From Planctomycetota bacterium (GTDB lineage: Bacteria > Planctomycetota > UBA1135 > UBA2386), in assembly GCA_965223545.1 (NCBI GenBank), contig OZ245006.1, positions 992,001-1,056,000 on the forward strand: a stretch of 64,000 nt of DNA. Reading direction: 5' to 3'. The notes under the pieces were generated by a model. That model saw nothing but the letters and a program-made list of their open reading frames with translations, searched no databases and was not told the origin of the DNA. Shown in pieces: positions 18,289 to 27,414 of this stretch. The position numbers and the translations under genes were made by a program. The first letter of the stretch is position 1. Every line of letters begins with the position of its first letter.

Positions 18289-20648
18289 GCGGCGTGTTGC
18301 AGGACGAGCCGGTAGTCGTCCGCGTCCGTCGCCAACGGGACCGCGCCGCGCAGCGACCCATCGCCAGTGCGCAGGGTCACGGCCGCGCGGCGAATGGCGA
18401 GCGACACTCCGTCCGCCAAGGAGTCCCAGCTTTGGCGCCAGGCCGCCAGGACGACGCCAGCGGCGTCGACCGTTTCTAGCGGAACGGCGGAGGGCGTGGC
18501 GCCGCGCTCGCCCATCTCCGCCCGCAGCCGCACCACGCGTGTCGGCGGCACGTCCAGCTGGAGGTGCTGGACCGCGCCGGGGCCGAGCTCGACCTGCGCG
18601 ACCAGGTGGGGCACGCGTTCACCGGCAACCTCGACGCGGTAGCGGCCCGGCCCGAGCGGCGGATCGCGCATCGCGGGGCCGCTGCCGAAGACCAGCGTCG
18701 AGCCGGCGTCGCCGCGGCACAGACCGACGCGGCGTCCCCGGTCGAAGGCGGCGGCCGCAACCTTGCCGCGGAGGTCGGCGCCCGAGAGCGCGATGGTCAG
18801 AGTGACCGGCTCCGGGATGCGCACCGCGTGCGCGGCCTCCGAGTCAGCGCGGATCGGGACAACGGCGCGCACCGGCGGCGCCCCCGGCACCACGACGCGG
18901 ACCTCGGTGTCGCCTTCGTAGAGCGGGCCGATGCGCTGGGGCTGCACCGGTGCCAACGCCATCGACTTCAACCAGCGGGCGCCGATGTTGACCAGCACGA
19001 CCTGGCCCCCGGTGAAGGCGCGGCCGTCCTCGTGCGCCACGTCGAGCACCAACCAACCGTCGCCGCGCGGCGGCACCGGCAAGTGCAGTTGCAGTTCCGG
19101 GTCGCCTGGGCGCACCTCTTCGGCGAGCACGCACTGGATGTTGGCTCCTTCGTACGGCAGGGCGCCGAGCGCGTAGGGCAGCAGCGGGCAATCCTCGAAC
19201 TCGAAGCGGCCGGCCGCGTCGGTCTCGGTGCGGAACCTCTGCGGCGAGGCCATCAGGTGCACTTCCCAGTTGGCGGCGGGGGTGCCGTCGGCGTGCGCGA
19301 GAGTACCAGCGATTCCGCCGCGTGCCGACTCGGCATCGAGTTCGAGATCCCACACCGCACGCTCACCGGCGACCAACATCAGCTGCTCGCGGTGCAGGCG
19401 GCTGTCCGCGAGCCCGGCAGTCGCGCTGCAGCGACCCGCTGGCAGCGCATCGAGCGAGAATGCACCGTCGGCGTCGGTCGCGGTCGCGCGCCACCACGCG
19501 GTTCCCGCCGCGTCGGCGGCGCCGCGCACGGTGATGCGGACACCGGCGAGCGGGCGGCCGTCGCGGCGCACCACGCCAGCCAGCACCGCGCCCGGCGTCA
19601 GCTCGATGCGCAGCGTGGTCTCGGCTCCGGCGGCCAGCGCGAACGCCGCAGTCGCCGGCGCCCAGCCCGCCGCGGTCACGCGCACGCTGCCGCGACCGGC
19701 GGGGATGCCGTGCGCGACGAACGCGCCATTCTCATCGGTACTGGTCGACACGCACGGCAGCGCCGTGGCGGAGCCGTAGGTCGCGTCGGTCGGATCCGGT
19801 GTCCCCGGCAGATCGTCGGCGCGCACCGAGACCTCGATGCGCGCCGCGGCGAGCGGTTGCCCGGCCGCGGTCACGACACCGCGCACCACTCCGGGCGTCG
19901 CTCCGAGGACGAGGCGCACCGGAGTCGCGCCGTGCACGTCGGCGATCCGGCCGACCATGCGCGACGGCGCCCAGCCGGGGGCGCGGGCGTGTAGGTAGGC
20001 GCCGGGTTGCCACAGGCGCACGGCGAACGCGCCGGCCGCATCGGTCCGCGCGACGCAGGCCTCGTCGCGCAGGCTGTCGTCATTCGGGGTGGCAATCACT
20101 TCTGCGCCGGCGACGCCGCGGCCGCTGGCGTCGACGACTTCGCCGAGGATGCGCGGGCCGCGCGCGAGCTCGATGCGCACGCGCTGCGTTCCCGCGGGCA
20201 GATGCCCGCGCCAGGCCAGTGGTTCGATCGCGTAGTCGCCGGGCGAGAGATCGTCGAAGCGTGCGATACCCCTCGCGTCGGTGCGCGCTCTGAGCGGCGC
20301 CGGGGCAGAGTGATCGAGCGGCTGCAAGCGCACGGCGTAGTCCGGCACCGGACTGCCATCGATCGCTGCGTAGAGCTCGAGCTCGAGGTGCGCGGTCGGC
20401 GTGGAGACGGGGGTTGCCGGCCTGGCCGGCGCCGTCGAGACGGCGGCAGGCTCCGCTATCGATCTGGGCGAAGCGGCGGCCGGCACTTCTGGCTCTTGCG
20501 CCGGGTCCGCGGCCGGAGCGTTCACCGCGAGAACGGGCGGCGCGGCCGGGCGGGGCAGGGCCAGCACCGCGAGGGCGCAGGCGAGGGGCGCCAGGCCCCA
20601 CCACGCGAGCCGCCTGCGCCGACGAGACCTTGCCACCGGCGTTTCCAT
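18282..20648 (-). CDS. Membrane-anchored protein with multiple carboxypeptidase-regulatory-like repeats
   Basis: Basic N-terminus followed by a TM helix, a Pro/Ala-rich linker, and at least five G.V.D..G.P..GA.V / TD..G.F repeats. Confidence 0.7.
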   Translation of the reverse strand: METPVARSRRRRRLAWWGLAPLACALAVLALPRPAAPPVLAVNAPAADPAQEPEVPAAASPRSIAEPAAVSTAPARPATPVSTPTAHLELELYAAIDGSPVPDYAVRLQPLDHSAPAPLRARTDARGIARFDDLSPGDYAIEPLAWRGHLPAGTQRVRIELARGPRILGEVVDASGRGVAGAEVIATPNDDSLRDEACVARTDAAGAFAVRLWQPGAYLHARAPGWAPSRMVGRIADVHGATPVRLVLGATPGVVRGVVTAAGQPLAAARIEVSVRADDLPGTPDPTDATYGSATALPCVSTSTDENGAFVAHGIPAGRGSVRVTAAGWAPATAAFALAAGAETTLRIELTPGAVLAGVVRRDGRPLAGVRITVRGAADAAGTAWWRATATDADGAFSLDALPAGRCSATAGLADSRLHREQLMLVAGERAVWDLELDAESARGGIAGTLAHADGTPAANWEVHLMASPQRFRTETDAAGRFEFEDCPLLPYALGALPYEGANIQCVLAEEVRPGDPELQLHLPVPPRGDGWLVLDVAHEDGRAFTGGQVVLVNIGARWLKSMALAPVQPQRIGPLYEGDTEVRVVVPGAPPVRAVVPIRADSEAAHAVRIPEPVTLTIALSGADLRGKVAAAAFDRGRRVGLCRGDAGSTLVFGSGPAMRDPPLGPGRYRVEVAGERVPHLVAQVELGPGAVQHLQLDVPPTRVVRLRAEMGERGATPSAVPLETVDAAGVVLAAWRQSWDSLADGVSLAIRRAAVTLRTGDGSLRGAVPLATDADDYRLVLQHAAH

Positions 20649-20700
20649 GTTCTGGACATCGGCTGCCGCGGCCGGCCGCTGTAGGTATCCTCGGCCGCCA

Positions 20701-21384
<684 letters not shown>

Positions 21385-21449
21385 GCCGGGCTTCCGTGGC
21401 GCGCGGCCGATGCGGCGCGGATGTGATGCGTGGGAGCCTGACCTGAAAC

Positions 21450-22832
21450 TCACCCAGCCTCGGCGATCGGTATGAGCTTGTACCCGAGGGATTTAGCGTT
21501 CTGTCGGAGTCCGACGATGCGTCGCTGGGTGAAGCGCTCCTCGTAGGCCTTGGCGCCTTCGTCTACGTAGTCCTGGCCGAACTTCAGCATGCGGTAGATG
21601 AGCAGGGCCAGTTTGCGGGCGATGGCAAAGATGGCGACGTTGCCGTCCTTCGCGCGGGCGATCTTGCGGAAGTGTGCGCCGAGAGCTGTCTGAGTACGTT
21701 GGAGGGACAGGGCGGCCATCCGGAGGACCGTGGCGATCCTGCTGACCGCGATGTTGTTGCGGTGCTTCTTGATGCGCTTTCCACCCGAGACGGCTTGACG
21801 TGGGCACAGGCGTAGCCAGGAGACGAAGTGCTTCTCGGTCGGGAAAGCTTCGAGGTCGTAGCCGACCTCGGTGAGCACGATCATGGCCGTGCTCGGGCTG
21901 ATACCGTCGATTCGCGTGAGATCACACCCGACGAGCCGGCAGAGGGCATCGCGAAGCTCCCGGCCGCCCTTCGTTCGGATGCTCCTCTCCTTGCGGGGGT
22001 CTGGATGCTCGGGGACGTCGGCCGTCTTGGCTTCCTCCGGTTGCAGGTCCTCGATCATCGCCATCAATCGCTTCTCGACCGACTCGATCTCGTGGTCGGT
22101 GTGCTCGAGCATCCGCAAGCCCGAAGCGAGAGTGAAGATGTGCTCCTCGATCCAGGTCCCTTGCAAGTGATCCGCGAGCTCCTTCTCGGAGATCTTGCAG
22201 CGCGGATCACGCAGTCTGGCGAGCGCTCGAGGGTCGCGTTCACCAGCGAGAATCGCGCGGATGATCGCGAGGCCGGTCTTGCCGGTGATGTCCGTTACCG
22301 CGCGATGGATCGCCACGTTCATCTGATCCAGTGACCGCTGCATCAACTGCGTGTGGCGCGTGCGCTGCGCGATCAAAGACGCGGCATGGCGTTGCAGGGT
22401 CCGCAACGCACAGATGTCCTTCGGAGGCCGGAACGAAGCGCGAATGAGGCCATAGGTGTGTAGCTTCTGCAGCCAACTGCAATCGCTGGCATCGGACTTG
22501 GAGCGGCCCGGCACGTTCTTCACCTCGCGGGCATTCGCGAGGATGACCTCGAAGCCTCTCGACTCGAGTAGCTCGTAGACGGGAATCCAGTAGACATAGG
22601 TGCTCTCCATCGCGACGGATCGCACTCCGAGCTCCTCCAGCCAGTCCGCGAGCGCCTCTAGCTGGGGCGTCGTCGTTCCGAATCGCTTGATCGGACGACT
22701 GCCGTCGGGTGCTGCTGCGCACACCCAGTGCTCGCGGCTGCCGATGTCGATTCCGGCGGCGTTGGGCTTCACGACTGGCAATACTTCCGCTGCGGGCTTC
22801 TTGCCCTTCCTCGTTCTGCTCTTCCCAGCCAT
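21450..22832 (-). CDS. IS110 family transposase/recombinase (DEDD RuvC-like domain plus Tnp domain)
   Basis: GIDIGS (D), AMESTYVYW (E), KSDASD (D,D), IDGIS, FPTEKHFVSWL, conserved Ser in VSGGK, and AIARKLA. Confidence 0.95.
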   Translation of the reverse strand: MAGKSRTRKGKKPAAEVLPVVKPNAAGIDIGSREHWVCAAAPDGSRPIKRFGTTTPQLEALADWLEELGVRSVAMESTYVYWIPVYELLESRGFEVILANAREVKNVPGRSKSDASDCSWLQKLHTYGLIRASFRPPKDICALRTLQRHAASLIAQRTRHTQLMQRSLDQMNVAIHRAVTDITGKTGLAIIRAILAGERDPRALARLRDPRCKISEKELADHLQGTWIEEHIFTLASGLRMLEHTDHEIESVEKRLMAMIEDLQPEEAKTADVPEHPDPRKERSIRTKGGRELRDALCRLVGCDLTRIDGISPSTAMIVLTEVGYDLEAFPTEKHFVSWLRLCPRQAVSGGKRIKKHRNNIAVSRIATVLRMAALSLQRTQTALGAHFRKIARAKDGNVAIFAIARKLALLIYRMLKFGQDYVDEGAKAYEERFTQRRIVGLRQNAKSLGYKLIPIAEAG

Positions 22833-23082
22833 ACTTCATCCTCATTGTTGTGGTGGGCCCGGCCCGAGGCGGCGATCAAACGAATCTGACCTGCGGGAGT
22901 GGGCACGGCGACGTGCCCCTCACCAGTGAAGGATGGCCAACTCGGACCCAGACTGGCTCTGGGGCAAACGTGCTCCAGTGGCTATTGGGGGCGTAGCTGC
23001 CGGGCCCCTCACACGTTCCCCTCCCCCTTCCTCAGCGGCTAGTTTCCTGCCCTGAAGGGCCGACAAATCTGCCGGGGCAGGA
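22833..23082 (-). ncRNA. Putative IS110 bridge-RNA-like non-coding leader
   Basis: Several hairpins (TCCTGCCC/GGGCAGGA, CCCAGA/TCTGGG, GGGCAC/GTGCCC); 9-nt match to the left junction and 8-nt match to the right junction. Confidence 0.55.
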
Positions 23083-23083
23083 C

Positions 23084-23115
23084 TGGCTCCGTACTTTCAT
23101 GGCTCCGTACTTTCA
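23084..23115. repeat. Perfect 16-bp tandem duplication (TGGCTCCGTACTTTCA x2) at the IS left junction
   Basis: Copies at 23084-23099 and 23100-23115; the second includes the ferredoxin stop codon. Confidence 0.9.
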
Positions 23116-23448
23116 GTATGGCGAGTCCAGCATCTGCCAGAGGATGTCCTCGACGTCGGGCTCGACCTTGCCGGTCAGCCGGGCGACGGGCTCGGCCTCG
23201 CCCTTGATGTGGGCGACGATGTCGGGCAGATCGGCTTCGGTGACTTCGCTGTAGAAGATCCGGTCGGGGTAGAGGGTGACGTTGACGGCGTGCTCGCAGC
23301 CGCCGAAGCAGGGGTAGCGCCGCAGCCGCACCCGCTCTTCGTCGGGGTCGATCTCCTGCAGCATCTCCTTGAGCTTGTCGTGCAAGTCGCCGGAACCGCG
23401 CTCGGTGCAGTCCCCACCTTCGCACACGTAGCAGAGTCGTTCGGTCAT
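23113..23448 (-). CDS. Thioredoxin-like [2Fe-2S] ferredoxin (NuoE-like)
   Basis: C-x4-C (CEGGDC) ... C-x3-C (CFGGC) and YPDRIFYSEVT...DIV; last gene of the boxC-boxB unit. Confidence 0.85.
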   Translation of the reverse strand: MTERLCYVCEGGDCTERGSGDLHDKLKEMLQEIDPDEERVRLRRYPCFGGCEHAVNVTLYPDRIFYSEVTEADLPDIVAHIKGEAEPVARLTGKVEPDVEDILWQMLDSPY

Positions 23449-23482
23449 TGGGCTCGTGGGTGGCTAAAGCGCCGGTGCGCGA

Positions 23483-24898
23483 TCAGTGGAACTTGACGTA
23501 CTCGAACTCGAACGGCTGGTCGTTGACGCCGCGGGCGGGCGGCGCGATCCAGTTGGCGATCTTGCCGGGCTCGTGCACCTTGACCATGCACGCCTTGACG
23601 TAGTCGCGATCGGCCTGGCTCGGCAGCCACTGCTCGATCCCCTTGGCGAACGCCTCGGCGCTGATCGGCTCGCCCTGTGGGTTGAAGTGGTGGCCGGCGT
23701 AGATGCCCTGCTGGCGGTTGAAGCGCTGGCTCGGCAGGGTGACCACCGCGTCGAGGTCGAGCCGCTTGAGGTCGCGGTTCCAGCGGTCGACGATCCGCTT
23801 GCAGTCGGCGACGTAGTTGTCCAAGAGCAGCGCGTTCATCGCCCGGCGCAGCGGGATCTCGCGCTCGACCAGGCGGCCGTCCTCGGGCACCACGGTCTTG
23901 TAGTTGGCCTGCAGCGCGGTCGGGTCCTTGTAGACACCGTCGCCCTCGCGATAGCGGCCCTTGAGGCCCGAGGCGAACGACTCGGCGGCGTTGGTCGAGT
24001 CCTCGCCGCCAAACAGGTCCATCGACGCCGACGCCCAGTAGTTGATGTAGCGCTGCACGATGTCGAGCGGGATCGCGCCCTGGCTGCGCGGGTCGACGCC
24101 GTCGCGCATCAGCTCGGCGGCGCGCTTGATGATGCGACCGATGCCGTTCTCACCGGTCTGCATGTGGAACGCCTCCTCCGCCAGCATGAACTGCGTGGTG
24201 CGGGCGAGGGGGTCGAAGCTGCTCTCGGCCAAAGCCGCCAGCTGGTACTTGCCGTCGCGGTCGGTGAACGTCGTGAAGGCGAAGAAGTCGAGCCAGGTCT
24301 CGATCGGGTTGTTGAACGCCTGCAGGATCCGCGGGTGGTCCTCGTTGCCGCTGCGGCGCTCGAGCAGCGCCTCGGCCTCATCGCGGCCGTCCGCGCCGAA
24401 GTGCGTGTGCAGCAGGTAGACCATCGCCCACAGGTGGCGCCCCTCCTCGACGTTGACCTGGAACACGTTGCGCAGGTCGTAGAGCGACGGCGCGGTGTGG
24501 CCGAGCAAACGCTGCTGCTCGACCGACGCGGGCTCGGTGTCGCCTTGCGTGACGATCAACCGGCGCAGGCGGTTGCGCATCTCGCCCGGCACCTCGTCCC
24601 ACACCGGCTCACCGATCGAGTCGCCGAAATGGATCTTGCGGTCCTCGACCGCGTCGGCGAGGAAGATGCCCCACCGATAGTCCGGCATCTTGACGTAGTC
24701 GTAGTGCGCCCAGCCGCCCTTGCCGACGCCGATCGCCGTGCGCAGATAGATCTGGTCCTGCTTGAAGTCGCTCGGCCCCATCTCGTTCCACCAGTCGAGA
24801 TAGCTCGGCTGCCACTTCTCGAGCGCGCGGCACAGCCGCTTGTTCTCGCGCAGGTTGACGTTGTTGGGGATCTTGGCTTCCAGGTCGACGGCGCTCAT
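23483..24898 (-). CDS. boxB: Benzoyl-CoA 2,3-epoxidase diiron subunit BoxB
   Basis: KIPNNVNL, KMPDYRWGIF, QGDTEPASVEQQ, EEGRHLWAM, DRDGKYQL and EEAFH motifs. Confidence 0.95.
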   Translation of the reverse strand: MSAVDLEAKIPNNVNLRENKRLCRALEKWQPSYLDWWNEMGPSDFKQDQIYLRTAIGVGKGGWAHYDYVKMPDYRWGIFLADAVEDRKIHFGDSIGEPVWDEVPGEMRNRLRRLIVTQGDTEPASVEQQRLLGHTAPSLYDLRNVFQVNVEEGRHLWAMVYLLHTHFGADGRDEAEALLERRSGNEDHPRILQAFNNPIETWLDFFAFTTFTDRDGKYQLAALAESSFDPLARTTQFMLAEEAFHMQTGENGIGRIIKRAAELMRDGVDPRSQGAIPLDIVQRYINYWASASMDLFGGEDSTNAAESFASGLKGRYREGDGVYKDPTALQANYKTVVPEDGRLVEREIPLRRAMNALLLDNYVADCKRIVDRWNRDLKRLDLDAVVTLPSQRFNRQQGIYAGHHFNPQGEPISAEAFAKGIEQWLPSQADRDYVKACMVKVHEPGKIANWIAPPARGVNDQPFEFEYVKFH

Positions 24899-24899
24899 C

Positions 24900-26528
24900 T
24901 CAGGTCCTCTTCCAATCGAATCGGGCGGTCTCGGGCTTGCCGTAGCACACCAGCGCGCCGTCCTCGCCGACGGCGTTGGGACGGCTGAATATCCAGTTCT
25001 GCCAGGCGGTCAGCCGGCCGAAGATCTTCGAATCGCAGGTCTCGCCGCCGGCGAAGCGCAGCGAGGCCTCCATGCCGGTCAGCGCATCCGGACTGAGCGA
25101 GGCGCGCTCCTCGATGGCGATGCGCACCTCGTCCTCCCAGTCGATGTCGTCGGCGAGCACGGTGACCAACCCCAGCTCGTCGGCACCGGCCGCGTCGACG
25201 CGCGGCCGCTCGGCGGCGAGCTGCGCGGCGCGCTCGGGCTCGGCCAAGAAGCGGCTCTGCAGGCGCGTGAGGCCATTGCTCATCGGCAGCGCGCCGGCAC
25301 TGAGCGGCCCAACGGCGAAGTGCACCGGGTGGTCGGGGTCGTCGAGCGCGTAGACCCGGTCGCCGGCCAACGCCAGCTCCAAGAACAGGCCGGCCATGCA
25401 GCTCTCGGCGTCGGCGATCGCGAAGAAGCTGCGCGCGGTGAGCTCGTAGCGGCGCGCCACCCGGGCCCACAGCAGCAGGATCTCGTTGCACAACCAGTGG
25501 TCGCGGTTGTCCAGCAGCGTCTGCTCGACGGCAAGCAGCGCGTCGATGTCGCCGCGCGGGTGCAGCAACACCAAGCCGTGCTCCTGATAGCCGAAGCGAA
25601 GCTGGCACAGCGCGTCGTCGAGCTCGCGGGCGAACTGCAGCGCCCAGCTTCGATCGCCGGCGGCGAGGTAGGCGGCGCCGTCCGCGGGCTGCTCACCCGT
25701 CGGGCCGCGCACCTCCAGCCGCACGGTGCGGCCATCGGCGTCGAAGCGCAGCGCCACGTGCTCGTACTCGAGACCATCCTCGGTCTGCTTCGGCCGGATC
25801 GGTGACAGCTCGATGCCCGACTCCGCCCGCACCGGGTGCTCTGCGGCGAGCGCGGTGGCGCGCTGGGCGACGCCCTCGTCGAACTTGGAGCGCGGCCAGA
25901 AGCCGTCGATCAAACCCCACTGCACCGCGCGCTTGCCCTTGACGCCCTCGGCCAGCGTCGAGAACACGTCGGCGCGGTCGCGGCGGATCTTGCGCTTGTC
26001 GACCAGCCGCGTCAGCCCCCCGGTGCCCGGCAGCACGCCGAGCAGCGAGACCTCGGGCAGGGACACCGCGCTGTTGCCGTCCTCGATGAGGTAGATCTCA
26101 TCGCAGGCGATGGCCAGCTCGTAGCCGCCGCCCGCGCACGGGCCGTTGAGCGCGGCGATGAACTTCACCCCCGAGTGCCGGCTGGCGTCCTCGATGCCGC
26201 AGCGCGTCTCGTTGGTGAACTTGCAGAAGTTGACTTTGAACGGGTGCGGCGAGCTCGCCAGCATGTTGATGTTGGCACCGGCACAGAACACGCGGTCGGT
26301 GTCGCTGGTGACCACCACCGTGTTGACCTCGGGGTGCTCGAAGCGGATCCGCTGGATCGCGTCCGCCAGCTCGAGGTCGACGCCGAGGTCGTACGAGTTC
26401 AGCTTGAGCTCGTAGCCGTCGCCGTAGGGGTGGGACGGGTCGACGGCCATCGCCAGTCTGGCGATCGGACCGTCGAAGCTCAGGTTCCAGTGGTGGTACT
26501 GATCGGGATGCCGGTTGAGATCGATCAT
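24900..26528 (-). CDS. boxC: 2,3-epoxybenzoyl-CoA dihydrolase BoxC
   Basis: YELKLNSYDLGVDLELADA, FCAGANI, AGGGYELA, LPEVSLLGVLPGTGG, SPDALTGMEA and WQNWIF. Confidence 0.95.
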   Translation of the reverse strand: MIDLNRHPDQYHHWNLSFDGPIARLAMAVDPSHPYGDGYELKLNSYDLGVDLELADAIQRIRFEHPEVNTVVVTSDTDRVFCAGANINMLASSPHPFKVNFCKFTNETRCGIEDASRHSGVKFIAALNGPCAGGGYELAIACDEIYLIEDGNSAVSLPEVSLLGVLPGTGGLTRLVDKRKIRRDRADVFSTLAEGVKGKRAVQWGLIDGFWPRSKFDEGVAQRATALAAEHPVRAESGIELSPIRPKQTEDGLEYEHVALRFDADGRTVRLEVRGPTGEQPADGAAYLAAGDRSWALQFARELDDALCQLRFGYQEHGLVLLHPRGDIDALLAVEQTLLDNRDHWLCNEILLLWARVARRYELTARSFFAIADAESCMAGLFLELALAGDRVYALDDPDHPVHFAVGPLSAGALPMSNGLTRLQSRFLAEPERAAQLAAERPRVDAAGADELGLVTVLADDIDWEDEVRIAIEERASLSPDALTGMEASLRFAGGETCDSKIFGRLTAWQNWIFSRPNAVGEDGALVCYGKPETARFDWKRT

Positions 26529-26599
26529 GCTGGGGGTTCGCCGAGGGCCGAAGGGTGGCGGTCGGGACCATCTTCTTATCCCATCCGCGCGACAAAAAC

Positions 26600-26656
26600 A
26601 GCAACATATCGCAGATACTCGGCAAGCGCCGCCCAGAATCGTGCATGATACTGCAT
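26600..26656. promoter_or_regulatory. Candidate BoxR/BzdR operator sites (TGCA-N6-TGCA)
   Basis: TGCATGATACTGCA at 26642-26655 and degenerate AGCAACATATCGCA at 26600-26613, in the divergent boxC/boxR intergenic region. BzdR-family repressors recognise TGCA repeats. Confidence 0.6.
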
Positions 26657-26658
26657 CC

Positions 26659-27414
26659 GTGACCACTTCGCTCGCCCAGCACCTCGGCGCCACCGTCCGC
26701 GCGCTGCGCAAGGCGCGGCGCTGGCCGCGCCGCGAGCTCGCCGCCGCGACCGGCATCTCCGAGCGGTTCTTGGCCGACATCGAGGCCGGCCGGGGCAACC
26801 CGTCGCTGCAGCGGTTGGCCGAGCTGGCGGCCGCCCTCGGCACGACACCCGCCGCCCTGCTCTCCGCGCCCGTCTCCGAGCGCCGCGACACGATCGCACT
26901 CCTCGGCCTGCGCGGCGCCGGCAAGAGCACCATCGGCCGGCTGCTGTCCGAGCGACTGGGCTGCGCGCTCGTCGAGCTCGACGGCCACGTCGAGAGCGCC
27001 GCCGGCCTCACCTTGACCGAGCTGTTCCAGCTGCACGGCGAGGCCTACTTCCGCCGGCTCGAGGGCGAGGCACTGACGGCCTTGCTGGCCGAGCCCGGGC
27101 CACGCGTGCTCGCCACCGGCGGCGGCGTCGTGCAGACGCCATCGACCTTCGAGCGCCTCCAACGACACACGCACACCGTTTGGCTGCAGGCCTCACCCGA
27201 AGACCACTGGACGCGCGTGATCGCCCAGGGTGACACCCGGCCGATGGCCGACAACGCGCAGGCCTTCGGCGATCTGTGCGCGATCCTCGCCGAGCGCGAG
27301 CAGCGCTACCGACAAGCGCACATGATCGTCACCACTTCCGACCGGAACGCGGACGAGGTCGCCGACGAGCTGGCGCTGCACTTCGCCTACCTGAGGGCAG
27401 AGGAGCGGCAGTGA
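26659..27414 (+). CDS. boxR: BzdR/BoxR-type regulator (XRE HTH plus shikimate-kinase-like benzoyl-CoA sensor)
   Basis: SERFLADIEAGRGNPS HTH; GLRGAGKSTIG P-loop; ATGGG, RVIAQGDTRPM; divergent from boxC. Confidence 0.88.
   Translation: MTTSLAQHLGATVRALRKARRWPRRELAAATGISERFLADIEAGRGNPSLQRLAELAAALGTTPAALLSAPVSERRDTIALLGLRGAGKSTIGRLLSERLGCALVELDGHVESAAGLTLTELFQLHGEAYFRRLEGEALTALLAEPGPRVLATGGGVVQTPSTFERLQRHTHTVWLQASPEDHWTRVIAQGDTRPMADNAQAFGDLCAILAEREQRYRQAHMIVTTSDRNADEVADELALHFAYLRAEERQ

Larger units (their letters stand above)
21438..23085 (-). mobile_element. Complete IS110-family insertion sequence (~1.65 kb) bounded by a repeated CAG core (CTG on + strand)
   Basis: Contains a DEDD transposase, has visibly lower GC than its flanks, no terminal IRs, a very short right end and a ~250-nt structured left end. 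CTG occurs at 21438-21440 and 23083-23085, and removing the element restores the palindrome GGAGCC-A-GGCTCC. Confidence 0.75.

Noticed and set aside
21441..23082. Terminal inverted repeats or a classical target-site duplication for the IS
   Set aside because: None found. The GGAGCC/GGCTCC dyad belongs to the flanking target, consistent with IS110 biology.
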